DNA of 64,000 bases from the NCBI GenBank assembly GCA_050084515.1, contig CM114271.1, positions 25,420,001 through 25,484,000 on the forward strand. Direction: 5' to 3'. The stretch comes from Blasia pusilla (Eukaryota). The notes below the pieces were generated by a model, which was not told where the DNA came from, ran no database searches, and was given only the letters and a program-made list of their open reading frames with translations. Made by a program: the position numbers and the translations under genes. Within the stretch, counting starts at the first letter, position 1, and each line of letters begins with the position of its first letter. Shown here piece after piece: positions 35,011-49,000 of the stretch.

Positions 35011-37492
35011 TGCAAAAAACTGCTAAAGAAGCATAACTGGTGGGAAACGGCTCTCACACACACACACCACCATTGACAATAAATTTTACAATGAGAGAAT
35101 GAGTGGAGGTTGTTCCTCTTCTCAATTATATAGGGTATGTACAAGCAACCCTAACCCTAATCCTAACCATAGTCTCGAATTATACTAACTATAACTAACT
35201 AATCCTAGTTAAGATAATCATGCTTAACCGACTAACCAAGATTAAGCTTACCTACTTCGTGTGAGTACCAAATATAGGAGTTCAGGTGTCTCATGAGCTT
35301 GACTGTAACTCAATCTTCAATATTTCCCCTGAAGCTCATATCGATATCTCCAACGTCTAAATCATTTGTAAAGATCTCAAACTTATCTCTAGACAATAAC
35401 TTTGTAAAGATTTCAGCAATTTGCTGATCTGTACTTATATACACAAGATCAATTTCTCCTGCAAGCACTTTCTCTCTGATAAAATGATAGTGCACCTCAA
35501 TATGCATTGTATTAGCATGAAACACAGGGTTATTAGAAAGCTTGATGCTACTAATATTGTCTACATATATTACACTAGGTCCTAAGTTACTAACACCAAT
35601 CTCAACAAATAATTGATGAAGCCACACCGCCTCACATGCTGCATTGGTTGCTCCTCTGTACTCAGCCTCTGTTGAAGATAAAATAATTGTAGGTTGCTTC
35701 TTTGAAGCCCATCTTACAGCTGAGCTTCCCAAAGTAAATAAATAACCAGATGTGGAGTGTCGATCAAACACGCTTCCTGCCCAATCAGCATCTATGAATC
35801 TCATAATTGAAAACTCGGAGGAGGTTCAAATTGAAGTCCGAATTGAATAGAGAATTTCACATATCGCATAATCCTCCTCACAGCATCAAGGTGAGGTTTT
35901 TGAGTTGCTTACGCAAATTGGCTCACTAGGCCAACAACATAACTAAAATCTAGTCTGGTTATAGTTAGATAGATCAAACTTCCAACCATGCGCCTGTACA
36001 TATTAGAATCTACAAGCAACTCTCCTTCATCCTCTCTTAGCTTCACACTTTGGTCCAACGGTGTAGAGATTGGCTTACAAGCCGTCATACCATATTTTGA
36101 AATGAGATGAAGAGCACATTGTCATTATAGTAACCAAATGCTCTCTCTAACCTTGATAAACTCAATACCAATGAAGTACTTGAGTTCTCCCAAGTCTTTC
36201 ATATCAAATTCTACTTGTAATTTAAGTTTGACTTGTACTATTTCTTCAATACTGCCAATAATCAGGAGATTATTAACATACAACACAATGAGAACTGTAT
36301 GATCTTGTCCTCTCAAGACATATAACGAGGAGTCAAAATCACATATCCTAAAACCCAACTCTTGTAAGACATATGTAATCTTGCCATTCCAAATTCTTGG
36401 AGCTTGTTTGAGCCCGTATAAAGCTTTCTTCAACCTGCATATGCGAAATAAAAACTTGGGATGCTCGTATCCAGGTGGTTGAGTCATATATACCTCCTCG
36501 TATAGATCTCTATTCAAGAAGGCATTCTTGACGTCCATGTGATGTAATCTCCACTTCTTACTTACTGCAACTACAACCACTGTTCTCGTCGTCGCCATCT
36601 TTGCAACATGGCTAAATGTTTCCTCATAATCGATGTCATATTGTTGTGCATAGCCCTTAGCCATCAATCTCGCTTTGTATTTGTTAATTGTACCATCTTG
36701 ATTGCGCTCATTTTGTAAACCCATTTGCAACCAATAGCTTCCTTATCGGAAGGTATATCAACAAGATCCCATGTTTGTTGATATCTTAATGCAACAAGCT
36801 CTTCCTCCTTAGATTCAATCCATTCGATTTTACTTGCAGCTTCTTCAAAATACTCGGCTCCTATTCTTGAAGGTTAGTCATCATATATGCATGATGTGTA
36901 GCAAGGAAACCTTCATTTATGAATCTATGAAGTGGATGTGTAACTCTACTTGATCTACGAAGTTGTTGTTCAGAAGTAGATGCCTCTAACACTTGACTCG
37001 AGCTTTGACTAGTGTCAACAGACTGAATATGTACTCTTCCCGTCCATGGACTCACAGATTTAATTGGTGAATCCAGGTCCTCTCCTATTCCTGCACTAGT
37101 ACTGGAGGAAGTTGAAGGCAATGTTTTTTGGTTTACAATCATATTCTCCTCCTCAACAGACGAGTTTAGAAGTGGAATAGGCTCAAATGGAGCATGTCAT
37201 GACTTAAGCTCATCAAAGACAACATCGCGAGTAATAATAAGTTGCCTAGAGGATGGAATGTAGCACTTATATCCCTTAGTTCCATCAGTATAGCCAAGGA
37301 AGATACATCTTTCAGACTTGGGGTCTAATTTCTAACGTCTTTCAGAACGAACATGAGCATAACAACTACAGCCAAATACTTTCAAGAAGGAGAAATCAAG
37401 TTTACTTCCTGTGAAGACTTCGAATGGAGTTTTATCATGAACTCATGTTGTTGGAGTTCGGTTGATTAAGAAGAGTGCACATGCTACAACCC
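35011..37492 (-). mobile_element. Inverted 3' half of a third copia copy (copia C: partial integrase, RT, RNase H, 3' LTR 35011-35322)
   Basis: ORFs 36125-36730 (YKARLMAKGYAQ, MDVKNAFL, LKKALYGLKQAPR) and 35310-35804 (DADWAGSVFDRHST). LTR is the reverse-complement homolog of the copia A/B LTRs. Confidence 0.92.
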
Positions 37493-39775
37493 TACGTTAT
37501 TTGCAGGTAATGGATCAAATAGAGGCAAAGGTCGTGGTAGAAGCTTTCATGGTCGTGGTGGATAACAAAAAAATGGAGAAAGATAAGCTCAACACAATGT
37601 CATTCAATCAACTGCGAATCAACACCAGACACAATCACAAGATGGTGATGGTGGAAACCGTTGGGATCAAGATAAAAAATAAAGGGTCCCTAGATCTTGC
37701 AATAGTCTGGGATAAAGGATCACAATGCAAATTTTTGCTCCAAGAAGAAGGCAAATATGAGAAAGCGAGCCTTACAACAATATAAATATGTGGACTAACA
37801 ACATCAAGGGTAGTATCAAGAACAAAAATATTTACAAATTGAGCACCTCTTCATCATGACTTATCATATGGGAGTTATGGTCAAGAAAGACTCGACAACA
37901 AATTGGTATATGGACTCTGATGCATCAAATCACATAATCTCACAAGCTAAATGCTTCAGCAATATGGAGTTGATGAAAGATCTTGCAATAGTGTTTAGAG
38001 GAGATCATACTCAACATCATATCACGCATATTGGTAAAGTTCCAATAGCATCTTATGGTCTTTGTGCTCTTGGCAATGTTCTCTATATTCCTACCATTGC
38101 AAGAAATTTGATCTCTGTAAGAGAGATAATAGAACAGGATTATCAAGTGAAGTTTAACACATATGGTTATTTGATTGAAATAATGGATTGCCAAACTAGG
38201 ATAACCAAATTAAATAGATCTCACAGAATGTTCAAATTAGATATTTCTATGTTAGAGATTCAAATAGTAACATATGGTCAAACTGGCCAGCAAGTCATAC
38301 ATCTTAATGTGTGGCATAAGAGAATTGGGCCTATGAATCTTCAAAGATTACAAAATCTTTCATCATCTAATCTTATAATAATACTTTCTAAATTAGCGAG
38401 TCTTACAATGTTAGAGATGTGCCTTGCTTGCCAATTTGGAAAATAAAGTAGATTTCCATTTCCAAAGCAAGGCAAAAGAACATCCAAGATATAAGAGTTG
38501 ACTCACAGTGAGGTATGGACAACATCACAACATAGCCTCAATGGTTGCCAGTACTTAGTTTTATTCATTGATCATTTCTCTAGGTATATATAGGTATACT
38601 TTCTGAAAGCCAAGTCAAAGGTATTCTCAATGTTTCAAATATTCAGAATTCTGGTAGAGAAGCATACTGGAGATCTAGAACATATTCTTAAATTACGTTG
38701 TAATGGAGAAGGACAATACCTTTCAACAGAGTTGGATGAGTGCTTACATCATAAGGTCATCCAATAACAAGTGACTTGCCATTACACTCCATAACATAAT
38801 GGAGTAGTCGAGAGGAAGAATCGACTTATTGTTGAGATGACATGAGCTATGTTAAATGAGAAGAATATGCCTAAGGTGTATTAGGCAGAGGCTGTAACGT
38901 GGGATGTCTTCTTAATCAATCAAACTCCAACAGTATGAGTTTATCATAACACTCCATTTGAAGTTTTCACAATAAATAAACCTAGTTTTTTCTTCTTGAA
39001 AGTATTTAGTTGTATTTATTATGCTCATGTTCTTTTAGAAAGATATCAAAGATTAGACCCAAAATCTGAAAGAAGTATCTTGATTAGCTATGTTGATGGA
39101 ACTAAGAGATATAAATGTTGTATTCCATCCTCTAGGCAATTTATTATTAGTCGCGATGTTATCTTTGATAAGCTAAAGTCGTGGTATGCTCCATTTGAGT
39201 CTTTTCCACCTCTAAACTCATCTGTTAAGGGGGAGATTATGATTAGAAATTAATGGACATTACCTAAAAAATCCCCAAGTACAAGTGTAGGATTATATGA
39301 GGTCCTAGATTTGTTAGTTAAATCTGTCAATCCTTAGATAGAAAGAGTACATATTCAATCTATTGATATTAGTCAGAGCTCGAGTCAACTATCAAAGGCA
39401 TCCACCTCTGAACAAAAATTTTATAGATCAAGTAGAGTCACATATTTTGTTTATAGATTCATAAATAAAGGATTTTATGCTACACATCATGCATATAGGA
39501 TGACTACCCTTCAAGAACAAGAGCCGAGTTATTTTGAAGAAACTGAAAGTAAGGTCGATTTGATAAAAGCTATGGAGGAAAAGCTTGTTGCATTAAGACA
39601 CCAACGGACCTAGGAGTTGGTTGATATATCTACTGGTAAGGAAGCTATTGGTTGCAAGTGGATTTACAAAGTTAAGCACAATCAAGATGGTAAAGTGAAC
39701 AGATATAAATCCATATTGGTAGCCAAGGACTATGCACAAAAATATGATTTCAATTATGAGGAAATATTTAACTAT

Positions 39776-41030
39776 TGTCATATAGTAAAATCACCTAGTG
39801 TGTAAACTCCTCTCTCATTAAGTGTTAGAAAGAGTTTTATTAGTATTAAGTAAATTAGTTTAGAAAAAGGAAATTCTCATGTTTGAACCTCTTTATGGCA
39901 TTTTTTATGTGGGCCCAAATTTTAAAAAAGAGATTATAAATAAAAGATGGAATTAAAAAATTAAAGTAATGGGGTTGGTGCTTTAATGAAAGAAAAGCAA
40001 AAGTAGTATTGGTTGATAGCTAGGGTAGTTGGGATAGTTTGGAAGATATAAAATGAGTAAAAGAAGATATTTTGGAAGAGATAAGAGATAATCTACTTGT
40101 GTCAAAATGTGGTTGGCTAAGCCTTCAGAGGAAGCCATGTTGCACAAGATAAGATAAGCCCTATTTCATACTCTTGTAGACCCCTTGTGAACATATAAAG
40201 AAGAGGGACCTTCAAGGATTCATCACCTTCTACTTCACATCTTGACTTTCTCGTGTCGCTCTTGTGTGGATAACTTTGGGATTGCTTGCTCTTCCAATGA
40301 GAATGGATTACTCCTCTTAGGAGTGTAACTTGCCCATGGTCTAGTCTTTGAGAGGATTCTAGAGTGTGAGACTTGTCATCTTAGGGGAGTTTAGTCATAT
40401 TAGAAATGATGGATGATTTGGTTTGTTATTTTTCCAATGAGAGTGGATTATCCTTCTTGGGAGAGCAACTCCGCCAAACCCCATTCTAGAGGAGAGTAGA
40501 GGATGTTTGTCAAGTATGGATAGGGATGGAGCACCAGTTGTGTCCGATTTTCCTTTCCTTATCATATCAAGATTCTCTTTATAGATAGGCACTAGTTCAC
40601 TTGCTATCTAGTCTATCACTTTGGGGAGGCGTTCATGAACCAAGTCATGCAATCTCCAACTCCAATGATTCTTTGTATAGTTACGTACGAAAGGACCTAG
40701 GATTATACATTGTATGTCCTTATATAACAATCCATGGACATCAATAGGTCTCCTCGAATAGGGTTTAACACTAGTTGTGTTATTTTTCTTGTATACAAAT
40801 GTAAAGTAGTTAATATGGACTTCATAGTTAGGAATTTTGGGATTTCATGTTATGAAGAAGTGATCGCCTCAACACTACCATTTGTAAATCCTGTCGTAAG
40901 AGAATGGAGGGTTTACATAATAATTTTGCATTGAAAAAGGTTAACTTCTTAAGAAGTTTGACTTGCATCAACCACGTCTATTGCAGCTAGAAGATCCACT
41001 CTTACTTGAAGAAAGATTCTCGACACGACA
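39776..41030. mobile_element. 1255-bp solo-LTR-like insertion in copia B RT
   Basis: Ends TGTCA...CACGACA; 4-bp TSD CTAT/CTGT. Removing it restores TTTAACTATGTTGTAAAGATGGCG, collinear with copia C TTTAGCCATGTTGCAAAGATGGCG. TATA-like CATATAAAG at ~40192. Confidence 0.8.
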
Positions 41031-44000
41031 CTGTGTTGTAAAGATGGCGACTACGAAAATAATGATTGCAGTAAGTAAGAAGTGGAGATTATAACAAATG
41101 GACGTGAAGAATGCCTTCTTAAATTGAGATCTATATGAGGAGGTATACATGAATCAACCATTTGGATATGAACATCCACAATTTCCACTCCGCGCATATA
41201 GGTCAAAGAAAGCTCTATAGGGGCTTTAGCAAGCTCCAAGAGTTTGTTATGGCAAGATTACATATGTCCTACAAGAGTTGGGATTTAGGGTATGTGATGC
41301 TGACTCCTTCTTATATGTCTTGAGATAACAAGATCCTACGCTTATCATGGTGTTTTATATTGATGATCTCTTTATTACTTGGAGTACTGAGCATATGGTA
41401 CAACAAGTCAAACTAAAGTTACAAGCGGAATTTGATATGAAGGACTTGGGAGAACTCGAGTATTTCCTTAGTATCGAGTTTATCAAGGTCACAGAGAGCA
41501 TGTGGTTATTACAACGACAATATGCTCTTCACATGCTTTCAAAATAAGGTATGACGGCTTGTTAGCCCATTTCACTATTGGACCAAAGTGTGAAGCTAAG
41601 AGTGCATGAAGGAGAATTTCTTGTAGATTCTAATATGTAGAGACGTATAGTTGGAAGTTTAATCTATCTAATTATAATCATATGAGATTTGAAGTATGCA
41701 GTAGGCATGGTGAGCCAATTTATGCAAGCACCTCAAAAATCTCACCTTCATGTTGTGAGAAGGATTATGTGGTGTGTGAAATTTTCTATTCAATTCGGGC
41801 TTCAATTGGAACATTCTTACAATTTATAATTACAGGGATCCACAGATGCTGATTGGGTAGGAAGCGTGTTTGATAGACACTTGACATTTGGTTATTCATT
41901 TATCTCGAGGAGCGCAACTATAAGTAGGGATTCAAAAACTAAGCAAACTACAGTTACTTTATCTTCAACAGAGACTAAGTAGAGAGGACTAATCAATGCA
42001 ACGTGTGAGGCAATGTGGCTTCATCGATTACTAGTTGAGATTGGTGTTAGTAACTTAGAAGCTAGTGTAATATATACAAATAATGTTAGTAGCATCAAGC
42101 TTGCTAATAATTGTGTGTTTCATGCTCGAACAAAGTATATTAAGATGAACTATCACTTTATCAGAGAGAAAGTGCTTGTAGGAGAAATTGATCTTGTGTT
42201 TATAGCTACAAATCAGCAAATTGGTGATATCTTTACAAAGGCATTGTTTAGAGATAAGTTTGAGAGGTTTAGAAACAATTTAGGCGTTAGCGATATTCAT
42301 ATGAGCTTGAGGAGAAGTATTGAAGACTAAGTTATAATTAAGCTTATCGAACATCTAAACTGCTACATTTGATACTCACAAGAAGTAGGGAAGCTTAATC
42401 TTGGTTAGTCAATTAAACGCTATTATCTTAACTAGGGTTAGTTAATCATAATTATTCTAACTCAAGACTATGGTTAGGATTATGATTAGGATTGCTTGGA
42501 CATACCCTACATAATTGTGTAGAGGACCAGCCTCCACTTATTCTCTCATTGTAAAATTTCGTTCTTCATGGTGGTGTGTGAGTGTGAGAGTCATTTCCCA
42601 TCAGTTATGCTTCTTTAGCAATTTTGTATATTTTCCCTACTCAATTCTATGACTCACAAATTAATGGGAAATTTTAATGGACTCGAAAAATTTTCCAAGC
42701 CCCTCTTGGGAAACTAGGTTTGCACTAGGCCCAGAATATCTAATAATAAAAATTAAAGGATAGAATTTTGGAATATTAATGGAATTTCCCAAAAATTGGA
42801 TAATAGGAAAAAATTAATTGTAAAGTATGAAAAGAAACTTGGGAAAAATATACTAGGAAAAAATTTTGAGAGAATTAAGAAAGAAACATCCTCTAAGAAA
42901 TCTTTATAACCAAAAATTTAATCACATATTCCTAAATAGTTGATTATAATGACCAATTTTGAAAAATTTTAAACTATCTTAAGAATCCTTTGGCTTATAT
43001 GTCATTTTTCCCCTTCCATTGTAAACCTTTTTCTTTCCGAGTTCAAACTCTCCATTTTTATATACTTAAGAAGAATTATGATTCTTGATGTTGTATCAAC
43101 TACGAAATCTTTAGTATGTGTAACCAAACACAACCAGTCAAATTATGTTGGATAAGCAACTAGTAGATCATTCAATAGATGTAAGTCATTTTCTTATGAC
43201 TTGGCATATAACAAGATCAACTCCTTAACAAAGGTTGTTTGTGTAGGATAAGATATGACAAGTAGTTCCTCTTGCCCAACGGTTTGTCTTATAGTAGGAG
43301 CCATTGATGTTATTTCCTCTCTAATCATATTATGGTTCATCCTTCATTCCTCACCATATGTGTATTCGAGAATGTAAGTACTTTTTGCATTAATGGGCTC
43401 TCCTCATACACAATTAGGCACAACTATGGGAGAAGGATGTGGCATAAGGCACTAATAGTTATTGAGTATATTCTTGAAGAGACGAAATGGATCAAAGATT
43501 TACCGTTAAAGAAATTCCCTTTCAGACATTCCCCCTATGAATCCAAGTGAGGTTTATTTCAACAATTATCCTTAGAATATAAGAAAAGTTGACTTGGTAC
43601 AAATTCTCCAAGATAAACTTTTAAAGCCGAAGATCTCTTTATTAATTAGTTGATTAAAAGGGTGTAGGATTTTTTTCAACTATTACCGAAAAAAAACTCA
43701 TGCGAATTTAATTTGATGTTGAGATAGAAATACTACCCTCTTCTACATTGGACACATGATTAATTCTTTCACAATTTGAAATTATATTAGGAGAATAGTT
43801 GAAATATTTCCTCTTCCAACACGTATTAGGAGAATATTTGAATTATTTCCTCTGCCAAGATGGACATGTTTTACCATTTTTTGCATAGTAGAGGGGAAAA
43901 GGGTTTATTGAAATTGGAGAAAGATAACTTTCAAATAAGTAGTTTTACAAGTAAATCATTTTAAGGGTAGGAAGAAATCGGGATTAAATTTCAATAATGA

Positions 44001-44734
44001 AAATTTGAAGAGGAATTCTATTAGATTTTTTTTTTGCAAGTATTGAACATTATTGCAAGATAATGTTCAATCTTGAGAGAACAAAAATTACATTCAATTT
44101 TAAAGATACGAAAACTTAATTTACCTCAAGAATTTTTAGAGAAATTGAATGAAGAGAACTTAGGTAAGTTTGTTTGTAGTGGGGGACGAGAAACTATACA
44201 ATTGTTAGAGGGAAAAGTTCCACAAATATTTTTTGTTAAATTTTGATTGGAGATAAAATAGGGGGTTAAGTTTGAATTCATCTTCCTCCACTCTTTGAAA
44301 ATGTAAGGTCCTAATATCTCTTGAATGATGCAACATATATGGAGGAGGGAATGTGAATGAAGGGAAGAATATCCTTTTCACACCATATCCATGAAGACAT
44401 TGGAATCTAAAATATGGTGTTAAAAATTTACCAACGGTTCTTGAATATTTTTTATAATATTATCAGAAAATGTCTCTTCATTTTTCAAACTTTTTTTTCA
44501 AGAAAGAGATTGTTCACATTATGATCATTATTCAAAATCAACAAAAAATTTGCTTAAAGTTTTGGGAGTTAATTATGAAAGATAATGTATTTTCTGTATA
44601 AAAAAAGTTCCACTTGGAACATACGTATTCAGAAGATAAACTTTCACAAACAATGAAAGATCATATTTTGGAAATGTATTATTGGTGGCCACTTGTTGCT
44701 AGTTTATCACTACCTTTAACCCTAAGATGTGAAG

Positions 44735-44817
44735 ACATATGAAACTAATTTCATAATTATATTAACCCATTCCACACATATGAAACTAATTTCATAATTA
44801 TATTGGACCCACTCCAC
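44735..44817. repeat. Tandem duplication, 2 x ~41 bp
   Basis: ACATATGAAACTAATTTCATAATTATATT..ACCCA(T/C)TCCAC occurs twice. Confidence 0.85.
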
Positions 44818-46078
44818 TATCCCTCTGTGTTGGTTTTATCTAATCATTTCATTTTAGTATGGTGCTAGTGTTTCGAATCAATTTTATCACGCCAACCAAG
44901 ACCCACTACCCCGTTTTGATTTGCACGTTAGAAATAAATTAATACAATGTATATTATCATTGGCCTACCTAGATCCACCACCCATTTTGTATGCACTCTA
45001 TATTATTGTTGGATAATGATTTCTTCTTGACTTACGTTAGAAATAAGTGTGTACAATTTATATATTACTATGGAAGAATGCCTCACGAATCTTTTCACTT
45101 GCCATGCGACAAAAAAATATTTCTTTTCTCCCCCCAAAAAATGTAAATTGTACAGATTTCACTAGTAATAAATTGTTATCTATCTTCTTAATAAAATCCA
45201 ATTTCAGGCAAGTGATAAAGTAGAATAAAAGCAAGATCAAAAAAGCTCCAAATTACCCAAGCTCCAAAGAGTGTCAACAACGTCTCATAAAGGAGGATTC
45301 CATCTCTCTTGCCACACAGCTTCCTCGATTATGATATAGACGGATTAATACGCCCCATCAAACACGTTATGAAAACATTTACATTCTAACAATTGCTGCA
45401 TTTCGTGTCATGGGACCAAGACTTTGGGCATGTTCTTCATATACGAAACTCCTGTGGAGCCTCTTTTAATCTATCATCTGCAATGGTCGGATCTCCCTAC
45501 TGGTCGCGGAGCTCACCTTCAGTCCCGGCGGATTGTAGCGGCTTCGACATGGAGGAAAGGACATGGAAAGCCATCTCGTGAAGAAATGGCGTGAACACCG
45601 ACAGTCGCCGGGACGGGAATGTCGGCGCTGTCCAGCGAAAAGGGAAGACTTGTGGATCTCGAAGGCGATTCTGGAGAATCGTGTTTTGGACAGTCGCGAC
45701 ATTTCCCGCGTCTCCTTGAGATGTGGTTCATCTCTGTAATCGCGAAATGAGACGAGGCGGCGATGGACGGTCTTCGGAGAATGATCTCACAGAAACTGCG
45801 CTACGAAGTTTGCGACTGCGAGAATCGTATGCGTATGAGAATGAACATACGGGAAATGAAGTGGAAGCAATGGGAACTCCGACGTCGTAAAGATCAGACT
45901 AATTAGAACCGTCTTCCTACACGAAGGCCAACTGGAGCGAGAGAGCAAGCGCACTCCCTGAAGCGAAGGGTTCGTGAGACTAGGAGCTGAAGTAGTTCTC
46001 ACGAAGTCTTAATCAAGGCTTCCATCAGTGGGACTGATGTCCACGATATCATGTCGACTCCAGTCGCTGGCCGCTGTT

Positions 46079-49000
46079 TCACATGAGGAGGTCGTAGAGA
46101 ACTTCTGGTCTTCTCCTCAATGGAGCGCACACGTCCTGTGAGCCGATCAAAACAAACCGACCGGAGTCATCGTCAATTGGAAGGACGACGGTTGAGAAAA
46201 GGAAACCTGAAAACGTCGTGCGACGGATTGAATGCCCAGAGAAGATATTGCGATCGCTCGAGAATCGATTGCCAGAGAGTGGCAGTAATACGTGCAATTG
46301 TAACAGTCAAGGAAACCAGCAAGCGCAGGAAACGCTCCGCCGTTCAGTGGTGAGAGCGATTAGGTTGCCAACGCAGACTGCAAGGGCAGCAAAACATACT
46401 GTGTGACCATTTGGATAGGAAAGTTTTAACCTCGATAGCGGCTCCAAGCTGAAGAAGTGTGGCCTCCCCCCATGGCCGGCCTATAATCTGCAAGCCGATT
46501 GGCAAGCCGTCCTGATCATGCCCAACCTGCAAAGCCCAGTGAACGTAATTACGCGTCGGACCAAGCTCATGAAGCACAAGAATTTGAAGGAAGGACACCC
46601 ACAGACAAGCTACGCATGCTCTTTGAAATCCAATCCCGAAGCGGCATGCGAAGATCCATCTGTCCAAGACGTGTTTCAAACTAGCAGGGTGTAAGGATCT
46701 ATCGACCATCTGCAATGCAGATCTGTTCGTCCAACATCCACAGCCTGTCGTACTTGATTTGGACGAGCAAAGCCTTGATGGGCGACAGAAAGATTCATTG
46801 TAACGAAATGAGATCGGCGCCGTTGGGAAATTACCGGAACGGTAATGGCGGGAAGTCCAAGGAAATTCCCCGGAATTTGAAATCGCATAAGTTTGGCTGC
46901 CATGGAAATTGTCGCCGACCCCAGCCAGCATTAGTGCACAGATTTGAATCAGCGACAGGTTCACACGGACGTCAACTTTGGACCATAGCAATTACACGTG
47001 TTCCTCGTCACCATTTCATCTTTGAAGATTGCAAAAAAGCACCGAGGAGACATGAGCTTCACACGATCCCAACGACAGCTGGATTCCTACTGCAAAGTTT
47101 CAGATGCTTGCATACCTCCAGTTACGTAGTTGAGTTCCCCGTATTTAAGTGAATCTGCTGCCAAAATTGGTGCCGTACATCTGCACACAAGTATAGATCC
47201 AGCAAGCGGCAAGGACCTGCATGAGATGCCTCTGTCTCCACAAAATTTCACAATAACCAGCGGCAAAATGCTGCTTTGGTCGTCGGAAGCTTAAACCATC
47301 TGAGCTGTTTTTGGCCCTTACCCTGTTATTGGAGTGACGATCACATCTGCTCGCTTGAAAATATCATTGAAGTAATGCATTTGCCGGAATCTGGAGCAAG
47401 AGAGAATGAAAAATGTCGAGCGAAAGGTCAACTCACAAACAGCAACTCAGCGCTAAATTGAGCAATTATTGGAGAGGAATTCCGTGAATTAAGATCTACT
47501 GGACATCTGAAGAGCGAGCACCTGTATCCCCATTATCCATAATTTAGGACGTGAAAAACTGAAAAGCATACGATGTCCTTCACTGCTTTCTAAAAGAGAA
47601 GCAGTGAAGGACATACTTACCTTATGCTTATGGGGATACACTGTTACTCCTGTCATACACATATCTACACATATGACAGGACTCACTTTTTAAGGTCGCT
47701 ATAAGATCGAATGGGTGATTGGTCTGAGTTGAACAAACACACTCTAGGTTTAGGATGATCCATTGCAAGCACTACGCTATGGAGACCATACCTCATCCGC
47801 TGGGCAGCAACGAAATCCAAGTTGGTGAAGGCCTTGTAAATGGAAAATCCAACCCGGACATCAGCACCCGAGTCTTTTACTCCTCTGTGAAGCATGTTCA
47901 AGAGACATACAGAAGCAGGTTAATCAATTGGGCTGCTAAGGTCGACAACTGAAGACACCTAATATCACCAGCAAAGCAACCATTCAGTCCCCCTTCGGAG
48001 CCTGGACATGAACGTGTTGTTCTCCCGTGCAGAAATCGAAGGGCCTTAGCATAAGGGGGCAACCGTACGACTTAATGTAGTCGGAGGCGAGAGAAGAATA
48101 GCACTCGCTTCCGATGGTAATGAAGTGTGCCAACCGCATCTCCTCTATCTCTGGGATTGTCACCTCCATTACCTACCAAGCCATAACAAACCTCGTCAAA
48201 CTCCAGGCCCTCAGTACCCATGCAAAGGACACCATCGTCACAAATGACATGATCACGAGTGGGATTGTTATTCCATTGCAGGTTCGGCAGCAGGAAGACG
48301 CGGAAAAGAAAACACTAACAAACCCCAAGGACTAAAGAAATAGACAGACCTTCGTTCCGTACGCTTTTTGAAGCAATTCCAGGGATCGGTAGCAAGCATC
48401 CTTCACCGCATCATCTGCGTCATCAAACCACTGGTGGAGCAATAAAGCAACTATCAAAGGTAGAATCAAGGGTTCTAGCTCATCTTTGTCCATCCGCGTA
48501 AGATCTCTGGTAACAATTACCAACTTGAAACTGATCCCATCTCACAATTTGCTCTCTCCTAAACCACATCGCCTGATTACGAGTTCACATTCTAAATTCC
48601 TTTCGATGTATATGGACGCTTCCAATTTAGTGAGTACGCTGAGACCCATGAGCAACGATGCAATTGAAGCCACTTAGGATTTCTTCTGGATATCATGGAC
48701 TCAGAAGTTTCCAACCTATATAAGCATATTCTCCGGGGCAGAAGGTCGACGAAACATGAAGATCTACCCTTGAAGTCCGTAACCTACCTCGGAGTATTTC
48801 GCAATTTTGAGCTCCCCAACTAACTTTCCTGCTTCCGACTCCGGAAGCTCCGAAGATTTAGGGAAAGCTGCTGGTGGCTGCCATGTGTAAGGACGACCTT
48901 AGCAAGCTTCCAATTCATAGAAACTGCTCGCATTCTGCTCATCTACGAACTCTTGCATCACTGATCTTTAAGTTACAGCCGAAATAGAGCGAATTGACGC

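Larger units (their letters stand above)
30481..42630 (+). mobile_element. Ty1/copia element (copia B, same family as copia A) with two internal insertions
   Basis: 5' LTR 30481-30791 with PBS TGATATCAGAGCG; 3' LTR 42318-42630; perfect TSD TTTTC. gag breaks at ~31887 and resumes at ~37494; RT breaks at 39775 and resumes at 41031. Confidence 0.9.

Noticed and set aside
42631-45250. AT-rich stretch, possibly decayed TE coding sequence
   Set aside because: No motif recognisable with enough confidence.
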